Virus record (IMG/VR): IMGVR_UViG_3300021431_000082
Location: 8,047 to 72,046 of that record
DNA: 64,000 nucleotides
Source of the DNA: a virus
Taxonomy: Duplodnaviria > Heunggongvirae > Uroviricota > Caudoviricetes
Strand: one strand, 5' to 3'
Under the pieces are notes generated by a model. That model did no database searches. It was not told the DNA's origin and saw nothing but the letters and a program-made list of their open reading frames with translations. How positions within the stretch are numbered: position 1 is the first letter of the stretch; each line of letters opens with the position of its first letter. Shown here in pieces: positions 39,784 to 46,683 of the stretch. Both the position numbers and the translations under genes were made by a program.

Positions 39784-39975
39784 TCAAAATACCAACACCC
39801 CGGATATTTCTCTCTCGTATATACCACAGTCATCAGATCGTATTGTGTAATAACAAGAATCCTCTTTTATGATATAGCCGAAAGTCCCGATACCATGCTT
39901 AATAATGAAATAGCACCGTTTCCCAATGTTAGTGGGCTGCTTCGTCGCACTCATGTAGCCTCCATATATCACCAA
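39784..39975 (-). CDS. hypothetical small protein
   Basis: 63-aa ORF. Confidence 0.3.
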   Translation of the reverse strand: MVIYGGYMSATKQPTNIGKRCYFIIKHGIGTFGYIIKEDSCYYTIRSDDCGIYEREISGVLVF

Positions 39976-40783
39976 ACATCTGATTTCCCATCATATTATG
40001 ATCTTTATCCATCTTCTGAGGACTCTGCTTCCACTCCACATAGGGAGCCATATGCCAGTTGATCAGGTTACCAACATACAGATCGTTCATTGAAATCTCG
40101 TTGAACCCAGACAGGTAAAGATACGCACCAACATTGTGGTGATTATAGTAGTGAGCCTCACCATCATCAGAAATTGTCTGTGTAATACGCTTCCCAATGT
40201 CATGATAGAGAGCGGCACCTTGAACGAACTTACCGTAGTTATGCTCGAACGCAAACTTCTCAGCGGCATCCTGGTGCCCAATAAGACTCAGTGCATGACG
40301 CTTGCTCTTCTGATCCATGTCATCGGTCGGATACACATATGCTTCCTCATTCGGAACACATGCGATCTGATTCCAACCTTCGTAAAGCCACGGAGCATTG
40401 AAGCCGCCTATCATTCGCATAATTACATCCTTGCCAACCGGGTTCTCACGTTTTGAATCACGCTCGATACAAATATCAAGCGGTGTTGTAAACAGGACCG
40501 CAACTCTCAAAACAGGAAGCTGAGATACCTGCCGAAGGAACTCCATTCTCTTCTTGCGACTCATGTTCGTGGCATCATAAATTGCAGATTCACCACTGCT
40601 TAAAGCTTCGATGATTCTTTTATGAAGCTCCTCAAAAGTCTTGTTGTTATCTTCTTTCTTAGTGGGATCAAGTCCAAGCTCTTCTCTGATAGCATCTGAT
40701 GAGTAGATCTGAAATCCTGTTGTAGCTGCCCAGGTAGATTTACCGGAGCCAGGTAACCCGATGGTCATGTATAAGGTGTTCAA
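39929..40783 (-). CDS. polynucleotide 5'-kinase fused to HD-domain phosphohydrolase (Pnk-HD end-healing enzyme)
   Basis: N-terminal P-loop TIGLPGSGKSTWA as in T4 Pnkp, and C-terminal H...HD...D HD-domain motifs (ALYHDIGK). Confidence 0.55.
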   Translation of the reverse strand: MNTLYMTIGLPGSGKSTWAATTGFQIYSSDAIREELGLDPTKKEDNNKTFEELHKRIIEALSSGESAIYDATNMSRKKRMEFLRQVSQLPVLRVAVLFTTPLDICIERDSKRENPVGKDVIMRMIGGFNAPWLYEGWNQIACVPNEEAYVYPTDDMDQKSKRHALSLIGHQDAAEKFAFEHNYGKFVQGAALYHDIGKRITQTISDDGEAHYYNHHNVGAYLYLSGFNEISMNDLYVGNLINWHMAPYVEWKQSPQKMDKDHNMMGNQMFGDIWRLHECDEAAH

Positions 40784-40975
40784 AGCGCCTCCACGTTCTG
40801 CATCTTAGGATATGGTGTATAAGCTGTCTGAAGGTGATTGCACTGTGGACATCTGTGCATGTACAGATCATGTGGAAATTCGTGAATTACTTCCCCGGTA
40901 AAATCCATATCCGCTCCACAGATGTCACAAACAAGTTCAATAATATTTCCTTTATTCTTCTTCTCCATCATTCGT
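40780..40975 (-). CDS. zinc-ribbon protein
   Basis: CDICG...CPQCN. The start is taken at the internal MMEKKNK of ORF 40780..41079. Confidence 0.35.
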
Positions 40976-41209
40976 CCACTCGATAGCCTCGCGATCAATA
41001 TTGAAATGTTGTATAAGTGCTGAAACCAATAGCGTCGCGCCAACTTTGCCGTCATTACCCATTCTGTCGAATAGTGCAACCAGAAGATTGAATGCCTGTT
41101 CTACTAACTCAAGGAATGTACCTCTCATAGCCGTGGTTACATATCCGAATTCATCGTATTCAAGTTTTAGCATTAGCTTTAATCTTTTCACGGCGCGTGT
41201 ATATATCAA
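40952..41209 (-). CDS. hypothetical protein
   Basis: 85-aa ORF. The start may be the internal MLKLEY. Confidence 0.35.
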   Translation of the reverse strand: MIYTRAVKRLKLMLKLEYDEFGYVTTAMRGTFLELVEQAFNLLVALFDRMGNDGKVGATLLVSALIQHFNIDREAIEWTNDGEEE

Positions 41210-41314
41210 TCAGTGTTAAGATTGTAGTGTTCAACCTGTTGTTCTCGATACACAGATCAACATACTGGTCGTACAGGTTTTCGTATAACTCTTTGTAGTC
41301 TATCTTCTTCTTGC

Positions 41315-41767
41315 TCATTTCTTCTTTACAAAAACCTCTCTGTACTTAATTCCAAGATCATTGCATAACCGATGCGACTCATAGAATACGTCCAGATGAT
41401 AACCTTTTACTCCACTACCTGTGTCTTGGACAATTCTTTTCCCATAACCTTCGATCATGACCTCGGTGCCAGGTGGAAGTATTGCACAAGCAGCCGTTAC
41501 ACCTTCAGTACATCTGGCTCCACTCGAAGTCTGATGCCCCCATTGACCGGAGCAAGTATGGCAAGCACAGTAATGTGTGATCTTCCACTTTCCGAGTGAG
41601 ACCCACTCTTCTGGTTGTGTAGCAGACTGAGTTGCTTCAGTCGGTGGAGCTTCGGTCGGGAGGACTTCGCTCGCATAGACATTTGTACAGCCCATCACAG
41701 CCGCGAGCATTACTGTGATGAGCAGTCGTGCTATCATTTCCACCTCACGTTGTCCATGTTGACCCAA
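41315..41767 (-). CDS. secreted 3D-domain protein (MltA/YabE-like)
   Basis: Signal peptide or lipobox (LAAVMGC), and C-terminal 3D-domain motifs (RIVQDTGSGVKGYHLDVFYES). Confidence 0.5.
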   Translation of the reverse strand: MGQHGQREVEMIARLLITVMLAAVMGCTNVYASEVLPTEAPPTEATQSATQPEEWVSLGKWKITHYCACHTCSGQWGHQTSSGARCTEGVTAACAILPPGTEVMIEGYGKRIVQDTGSGVKGYHLDVFYESHRLCNDLGIKYREVFVKKK

Positions 41768-41908
41768 CGGCCATCTGGCTCATTCTTCTTATTTGGGATG
41801 TCATCGGACCACACCCTGTTGGTTTCCGGGTCCCAGTTAGTAAATGCATACAGCTTGCCGCTATAACGGCCATAACGAATAAACTTGCTTAAGATCATTT
41901 TGTTCCCC
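41744..41908 (-). CDS. hypothetical small protein
   Basis: 55-codon ORF not in the track, with an AGGGGGAAC RBS. Confidence 0.3.
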
Positions 41909-41952
41909 CTGTTTGTTTTTATTAACGTAAACTATATTAATGTTCACGATAA

Positions 41953-42032
41953 TGCACCCAGCGAGATTTGAACTCGCACGGTTTCCCATAAGATCCTAAG
42001 TCTTACGTGTCTGCCAATTCCACCATGGGCGC
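41953..42032 (-). tRNA. tRNA-Leu (anticodon TAG)
   Basis: Cloverleaf read by hand: acceptor GCGCCCA, anticodon loop CTTAGGA, long variable arm, T-arm GCGAGTTCAAATCTCGC. Confidence 0.6.
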
Positions 42033-42113
42033 TTTTGCATCTTATGGAGAGATGCTGACCCACCTTATTCCTTTTTGAGCGGTGATGAATAAAGTGCAAG
42101 AACGTCCACCGCA

Positions 42114-42184
42114 TCGGGACGGCAGGAGTCGAACCTGCAAACGCCCTTTGCTCAGGGTCTCTTTCCCAATTAAATTACGTCCCG
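42114..42184 (-). tRNA. tRNA (anticodon arm irregular; Cys-GCA or Leu-GAG possible)
   Basis: Acceptor CGGGACG/CGTCCCG and T-arm GCAGGTTCGACTCCTGC are clear. The anticodon stem has mismatches. Confidence 0.4.
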
Positions 42185-42189
42185 CATTG

Positions 42190-42372
42190 TTAGTATTCAT
42201 AGAGAGAAACAACTCTCTCTATTACATTGTCTTCATCGTCAAGCACTTCTTCCTCGTAGCACCCTAATATTTCATCCTGTTCATCTACGCCGCATCTTCC
42301 ATGTGAGTACAACAAGACACGCATATCATCATCGTATTTACTCAGTTCTGAAATTAGCTCTTTGACTTTCAT
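42190..42372 (-). CDS. acidic small protein embedded in tRNA array
   Basis: AAAGGAG RBS then MKVKELISELSKYDDD..., very acidic. The track ORF 42190..42450 is trimmed because its N-terminus overlaps tRNA-Asn. Confidence 0.35.
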   Translation of the reverse strand: MKVKELISELSKYDDDMRVLLYSHGRCGVDEQDEILGCYEEEVLDDEDNVIERVVSLYEY

Positions 42373-42392
42373 GTATTCTCCTTTCATTAGCG

Positions 42393-42467
42393 CGGGAACA
42401 GAAGGACTTGAACCTTCGACGGCGCGGTTAACAGCCGCGTGCTCTACCAACTGAGCTATGCTCCCAT
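42393..42467 (-). tRNA. tRNA-Asn (anticodon GTT)
   Basis: GGGAGCA-TA-GCTCAGTTGGTAGAGC-A-CGCGG-CTGTTAA-CCGCG...GAAGGTTCAAGTCCTTC-TGTTCCC-G. Confidence 0.65.
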
Positions 42468-42643
42468 GGCTGGGTTAAGGTCCCCAGAACCGCACATCCC
42501 GCATATTGGCCTGACTATTTGCTTCCGCCTCAGAGTAAAGGTCTTCGGTGTCCAACTGAGTATCAGGTAGCTACTCTGACAGTTGTCTCAGTTAAGTCAG
42601 CTTTCGTCACTGGGTAAGCGGATAATTTGCTCTCTACCCCGCA

Positions 42644-42733
42644 TCGGGACGGCGAGATTTGAACTCGCATCACAAGTAGGTGACGAACCCCTTGTTGTTT
42701 ACCGTCAAAGCTTTACTTTTAAGCTACGTCCCG
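42644..42733 (-). tRNA. aberrant tRNA-like gene (about 90 nt; expanded anticodon region)
   Basis: Acceptor CGGGACG/CGTCCCG-A is identical to the 42114 tRNA. The D-arm is GCTT..AAGC and the T-arm GCGAGTTCAAATCTCGC. The stem TGACG..CGTCA encloses a 17-nt loop. Confidence 0.3.
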
Positions 42734-42996
42734 TGGTGCACGACAGTAGGATAATCAGTCGTGCCCTGGTTGATTATTTTTAGTCGCCACACAGCATATT
42801 TTATATCCAACGACATCCGGCTTTTCTGAGTACCTAGGATCATGGCAAGCCTTCAGCTCCGGAGAGTGGAGTGGAATCGGTAGCGTTCTATCCACCATAT
42901 GCATCCGATTGTAATTTATCTGCCACCCAAATATGTCATCGACATATCAACGAGGATTTACGCATCAATTTCCAACCCTCAAACAACCACTCTAAA

Positions 42997-43125
42997 GCGT
43001 ACGGGTGGGAGTCGAACCCACTATGACCTTTCCCATTGCGTATTGGTACTCAGTTTGTTTCTTAGGAGCGTCCGCTTCGGATGATTGCATTACGCACTGC
43101 AACTTCTCTATAGCTCCACCGTACG
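42997..43125 (-). tRNA. atypical long tRNA-like element (about 129 nt)
   Basis: Perfect T-arm GTGGGTTCGACTCCCAC plus acceptor 3' CCGTACG. The complementary CGTACGG-TG-GAGC 5' end lies 120 nt upstream, with an unexplained insert between them. Confidence 0.25.
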
Positions 43126-43280
43126 ATGAAGGAATCTTTGACTGTTTAACGACACCCTTACCATGATGTCGGGTCTTGTCCTACTGTCGGGTCACGCCCG
43201 TAGGTTAGCTGAGAGCCGTCATCTGACTCAGCACAATCATCTCCGATCCTGCCCGGAGAACCCCGTCATACCAATCCTCT

Positions 43281-43310
43281 ACCAACGAGTCGGATTCGAA
43301 CCGACACTTG
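43281..43310 (-). other. orphan tRNA 3' fragment (T-arm + acceptor half)
   Basis: GTCGGTTCGAATCCGAC-TCGTTGG with no matching 5' half nearby. Confidence 0.3.
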
Positions 43311-43397
43311 CGCGAACGGATGGATTTGAACCATCGGAACGATTGCTCGTTCGTCGATTTTCAAGACCGATGCAATAAGCCACTCTGCCACGTTCGC
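43311..43397 (-). tRNA. tRNA-Ser (anticodon TGA), type II
   Basis: GCGAACG acceptor, D-arm GCAGAGTGGCTTATTGC, loop CTTGAAA, long variable arm ACGAGCAATCGT, discriminator G. Confidence 0.6.
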
Positions 43398-43400
43398 AAA

Positions 43401-43471
43401 TTGCAGGCTGTGGAGTTGAACCACACTATCCAGATAATGAGTCTGGCAAGTAACCGCTACTTTAGCCTGCG
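43401..43471 (-). tRNA. tRNA-Met (anticodon CAT; C1-A72 mismatch, initiator-like)
   Basis: Anticodon stem CCAGA/TCTGG with loop CTCATTA, and T-arm TGTGGTTCAACTCCACA. Confidence 0.55.
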
Positions 43472-43674
43472 ATATTCAAGCGGCTTTTTAATTGCGAACT
43501 TGGGGAAGCCACATAAACCCCGGCTCATTTAATTTCTCCTGATGCCGTAGCACCGGATATGCCGCAGTGACATAACTGCGGATTTGCAGGATTTTTTACA
43601 GCCTGTTTCATCCTGCCCAGCAAATACAGGTATCCACCGTCTCTTAGCCAACCTTACTCGTCAGTAAGGATCAA

Positions 43675-43747
43675 AGCTCCCGAAGAGATTTGAACTCTTG
43701 CTTCAGCATTACAAGTGCCGCACTCTATCCAGCTGAGCTACAGGAGC
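43675..43747 (-). tRNA. tRNA-Thr (anticodon TGT)
   Basis: GCTCCTG-TA-GCTCAGCTGGATAGAGT-G-CGGCA-CTTGTAA-TGCTG...AAGAGTTCAAATCTCTT-CGGGAGC-T. Confidence 0.6.
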
Positions 43748-43750
43748 TTA

Positions 43751-43837
43751 CGTGGAGTGAGGGCTTCGAACCCCCGAATCGGTCGCCCGATTATCAGATT
43801 TAGAGTCTGACGCAATCAACCGCTCTGCCAACTCCAC
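43751..43837 (-). tRNA. amber suppressor tRNA (anticodon CTA), Ser-type type II architecture
   Basis: GTGGAGT-TG-GCAGAGCGGTTGATTGC-G-TCAGA-CTCTAAA-TCTGA, long variable arm AATCGGGCGACCGATT, T-arm GGGGGTTCGAAGCCCTC-ACTCCAC, discriminator G. The D-arm closely resembles the adjacent tRNA-Ser. Confidence 0.6.
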
Positions 43838-43865
43838 TGGGTGGCCACTCGTTACACCACCCTAA

Positions 43866-43938
43866 TCGGAGTGACAGGTCACGATCCTGCGGCATCCAGC
43901 TCCCAAAACTGGCGCTCTACCAACTGAGCTACACCCCG
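43866..43938 (-). tRNA. tRNA-Pro (anticodon TGG)
   Basis: CGGGGTG-TA-GCTCAGTTGGTAGAGC-G-CCAGT-TTTGGGA-GCTGG. The T-loop is unusual (ATCGTGA). Confidence 0.5.
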
Positions 43939-44227
43939 AAATTTGGAAAGGAGGTTCGTCCTCGAAGTTCTTACTTCTTAACAGCATGTTTCATGCTAAG
44001 GACTACCAAATAAGAGTTACACGATAGTCGCAAAAAAATCAGCGCCCAAAAAAACGACCATCGATAAAATCATTTTTACCGGCTGTCACGGTCACATGTT
44101 AGTGACTTGAATTCCACATCAAGGTCAATTGCTAATGAGATTTCTCATAAAGTCTATTGCTTCTGGGTTTATCTATGATTTGATTATGGAATGATAAGTT
44201 TATGATGATTTCATTAACAACCTTGAG

Positions 44228-44299
44228 CTGGGGTTGGCAGTTTCGAACTGCCGATACAGGATTCAAAGTCCTGTGCCTTAACCACTTGGCGAAACCCCA
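44228..44299 (-). tRNA. tRNA-Gln (anticodon TTG)
   Basis: TGGGGTT acceptor, anticodon stem CAGGA/TCCTG with loop CTTTGAA. Confidence 0.55.
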
Positions 44300-44316
44300 T
44301 TGGGTATCGCACCTTC

Positions 44317-44389
44317 ACCTCACCATTGGACTTGAACCACATCTGCGGACTACCCATTCCGCCGCTCTACCGTATTGAGCTAGGCGAGG
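44317..44389 (-). tRNA. atypical tRNA-like gene with apparent 8-nt anticodon loop
   Basis: Acceptor CCTCGCC/GGTGAGG, D-arm GCTC..GAGC. Stem GCGGA/TCCGC encloses ATGGGTAG, and the T-stem is weak. Confidence 0.3.
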
Positions 44390-44401
44390 ATTCAGTGCGA
44401 A

Positions 44402-44475
44402 TGGATCTTCATGGACTCGAACCATGGCACTTCCGGTTATGAGCCGGAGGCTCTCACCAACTGAGCTAAAGATCC
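44402..44475 (-). tRNA. tRNA-Met/Ile2 (anticodon CAT)
   Basis: GGATCTT-TA-GCTCAGTTGGTGAGAGC-C-TCCGG-CTCATAA-CCGGA...CATGGTTCGAGTCCATG-AAGATCC-A. Confidence 0.6.
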
Positions 44476-44690
44476 AGGCTGAATAGTGACCGGATATTCA
44501 GTTGCTCCTAAAGGTTTCAATTATATTTTTTGTTAATTAATATTCCACTGCCTACCTGCCTCGCAGGTTACCAAAGGTCATACGCAACCAAACCTGAACT
44601 GTTAGTCGAGGATTTTAAAAAGCTTTATTCTTTTTGGGAAGAACGGTCCCTCTTTAATCCTTCAACTTTACTCAAATTAAACTTTGAGCT

Positions 44691-44731
44691 TTTAGCTTTA
44701 AGCCTTTAGCTTTAAGCCTTAACCTTTAAGC
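44691..44731. repeat. tandem 14-bp repeat (TTTAGCTTTAAGCC x2.6)
   Basis: A direct tandem array sits in the 580-bp non-coding gap between protein genes and the tRNA array. Confidence 0.6.
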
Positions 44732-44801
44732 AAACGATGTTAATCAACATCACAATCTCCAATAGCCGATTTACAGTCGGTTTTGAAAATATTCTTGTTT
44801 T

Positions 44802-44847
44802 ATATATGTATTAAGAATATTTGCATATATGTATTAAGAATATTTGC
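44802..44847. repeat. 23-bp perfect direct repeat x2 (ATATATGTATTAAGAATATTTGC)
   Basis: Two exact head-to-tail copies are flanked by the palindrome GATGTTAATCAACATC at 44737-44752. The arrangement is iteron-like. Confidence 0.6.
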
Positions 44848-44879
44848 TATTAAGGTGACGGTTTATTCATTTGTTTTAC

Positions 44880-45050
44880 TTCGACCCAAACCGTCTAATG
44901 ACCGAAGGGTTGCAGTTTATGATTTCCGGTAGGTAGTGGATGCTGCGGGTGGGGATCTGCACCCCACATGACATCGCCCTCAGTAGTCACGAAGCGACAG
45001 CCTCCACTCGTGCCAGTAGCGTTTACCTGTTCCGCCACCGCAGCGTTGCT
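44880..45050 (-). ncRNA. GC-rich structured element (candidate ncRNA or processing site)
   Basis: Local GC content is far above the surrounding sequence, with hairpins such as GTGGGGATCTGCACCCCAC and no ORF. Confidence 0.2.
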
Positions 45051-45055
45051 TTTGA

Positions 45056-45250
45056 TTACCGCTTTTTATTGTTAACAATGATGCATGAGACATCCTCGAT
45101 GTTATAGCAATAAACCCATACTCCACATCTTTTGACTACGAAAAGCTTTCCATTATATTCATAGTCATCCCATAATTTTCTTGGGATTACATCGACTTTA
45201 CCGTCTCGAAAGTAAATCTTGATTTTTCCGAATTTCAATTTATCTGACAT
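45056..45250 (-). CDS. hypothetical small protein
   Basis: 64-aa ORF. Confidence 0.35.
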   Translation of the reverse strand: MSDKLKFGKIKIYFRDGKVDVIPRKLWDDYEYNGKLFVVKRCGVWVYCYNIEDVSCIIVNNKKR

Positions 45251-45291
45251 TATGCTGACCTCCTGATTTATGCGATGCTGTGGGTAATGAT

Positions 45292-45930
45292 TTAATATTC
45301 GATCTCAATCGTCGTCAGTGCATTGCTGACACTGAGAGCAGAGTCGATCTTGGCCTCGAATGCGGAGATCTCTTCGGACAGTGCCTGGATCTTCTCCTCA
45401 ATCTTCAGCGGGTCAATCAGTTCGATGGACTTCATCTCAATGAAATCCTCTCTCGCCTTCTGAATTTCAGCCGCCGCAGTCTTTACTTCCTTGGTTCCAA
45501 ACATGGAGACCAGGTAGTTATCAGCGGAATTCTGGAGTTCAGCCGACTCGTTGTAGCTAAGCTTCCTACGTGCTGCATCAAACTGTTTGGTGAGCGCCGA
45601 AAGAAGCATGGACTTCAGTTCCATTCCGTGCTGCTTCAGATCAATAGCCTCAGCAACGGTGAACTGTTCGCCATTTACCGTAACCATCGTCTTGGCGTTT
45701 GAGAGCGTGATCGCCTTCTTCAGTGCAGTACGTCTTCTGATGAGATCGGACACCTTATCGAAAGATGCCTGAATCTCTTTCTTAACATCTTCCACATCAA
45801 CGCCGTTGATCTTCTTGGCGGAGTGCGACTTCGTAGTTACAAACACACTGTACAGCGCATCATTAACTCTGCCATCCATCCTCTTCAGATCACTCAGTGC
45901 CTCATGAACAGTCATAGTCTCCTTAATCAT
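45292..45930 (-). CDS. hypothetical coiled-coil protein
   Basis: 212-aa ORF preceded by a conserved promoter element. Confidence 0.45.
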   Translation of the reverse strand: MIKETMTVHEALSDLKRMDGRVNDALYSVFVTTKSHSAKKINGVDVEDVKKEIQASFDKVSDLIRRRTALKKAITLSNAKTMVTVNGEQFTVAEAIDLKQHGMELKSMLLSALTKQFDAARRKLSYNESAELQNSADNYLVSMFGTKEVKTAAAEIQKAREDFIEMKSIELIDPLKIEEKIQALSEEISAFEAKIDSALSVSNALTTIEIEY

Positions 45931-45942
45931 GGTATCATTCCT

Positions 45943-45957
45943 TTCTAATGTTGTCGG
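45943..45957 (-). promoter_or_regulatory. conserved ACATTAGAAA promoter element (weaker copy)
   Basis: Plus-strand TTCTAATGTTGTCGG. Confidence 0.35.
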
Positions 45958-45996
45958 CTTTGTTTAAGAGGCACGGTCGCCTCAACTTTCTTGCTC

Positions 45997-46025
45997 ATCT
46001 TACCACTTCTATCTAATGTTGTCAA
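45997..46025 (-). promoter_or_regulatory. promoter TTGACA-N17-TAAGAT with ACATTAGATA element
   Basis: Minus-sense TTGACAACATTAGATAGAAGTGGTAAGAT. It is part of a ~38-bp unit repeated at 46645-46690. Confidence 0.55.
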
Positions 46026-46630
46026 GCATTTTGAAGAAAGTTTTTTAAATAAGGGAGCCTCTTTAGTTCTTCAATGAAGCGATCCCAATCCTTCAGTTTA
46101 TGTCCGGTTCTCTGCTTGATGATTTCGACAATCGTAGCATAACTCATTGTCCAGGTTCTCCGCTGCATGTAAGATTCTGGCAACATTCCAATCATATCAT
46201 ACCAGCAGGACATCTCTTTGGTATTAAGATATGAGGTGCGACGTTCATTCAGATACTCAACGATCAGTTCGAGATAAGTCCTTCCGGTATCAGACATCTC
46301 ATCGGTGTTGAAGTCATCAACCGAGAACTCTTTAGCCTGGATCTTATGCATCGTACTACAGGCGTTAGCTGTGGTTCCGACCTTATATGTGTCGGCCTGC
46401 TTCCACCACGCAAGACTCGCAGTCACATCCATGGTTACAAAGATCTGCCTGAGAAACTTATTGTGCGGCGATCCGGCCTTAGCTAATCTCTCAGCAAGAT
46501 CAAGATCATTGGGACCAAGCACATCATTCTCAATGTCGCTGTCACTCTTATCCCACGAGTCGTAACTGTTTCTCGTGGAATACACTGCCCTTCCAATGTT
46601 ATATACCCTTACGTTCTCTACTTTAATCAT
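46022..46630 (-). CDS. hypothetical protein (weak ThyX-like features)
   Basis: 202 aa with a Ser-rich R-x-S-Y-x-S segment. The family assignment is uncertain. Confidence 0.4.
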   Translation of the reverse strand: MIKVENVRVYNIGRAVYSTRNSYDSWDKSDSDIENDVLGPNDLDLAERLAKAGSPHNKFLRQIFVTMDVTASLAWWKQADTYKVGTTANACSTMHKIQAKEFSVDDFNTDEMSDTGRTYLELIVEYLNERRTSYLNTKEMSCWYDMIGMLPESYMQRRTWTMSYATIVEIIKQRTGHKLKDWDRFIEELKRLPYLKNFLQNA

Positions 46631-46654
46631 TTATCCCCCTCAAACTATATGCTC

Positions 46655-46683
46655 ATCTTACCACTTCTATCTAATGTTGTCAA
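46655..46683 (-). promoter_or_regulatory. promoter TTGACA-N17-TAAGAT with ACATTAGATA element
   Basis: Near-identical copy of the 45997-46025 unit. Confidence 0.55.

Noticed and set aside
42190-42450. Full-length 86-aa ORF 42190..42450
   Set aside because: Its first ~26 codons overlap tRNA-Asn (42393-42467). An internal ATG with an AAAGGAG RBS at 42372 gives a 60-aa acidic protein that does not overlap the tRNA.
44691-44847. Possible CRISPR array from the short direct repeats
   Set aside because: Only 2-3 repeat units, 14-23 bp with no unique spacers of regular length. The pattern is tandem or iteron-like, not repeat-spacer.
46022-46630. Confident ThyX (flavin-dependent thymidylate synthase) assignment
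   Set aside because: Only a loose Ser-rich R-x-S...S segment resembles the ThyX motif, and the canonical RHR-x7-S-x-RY is not present. It is kept as hypothetical with a low-confidence note.
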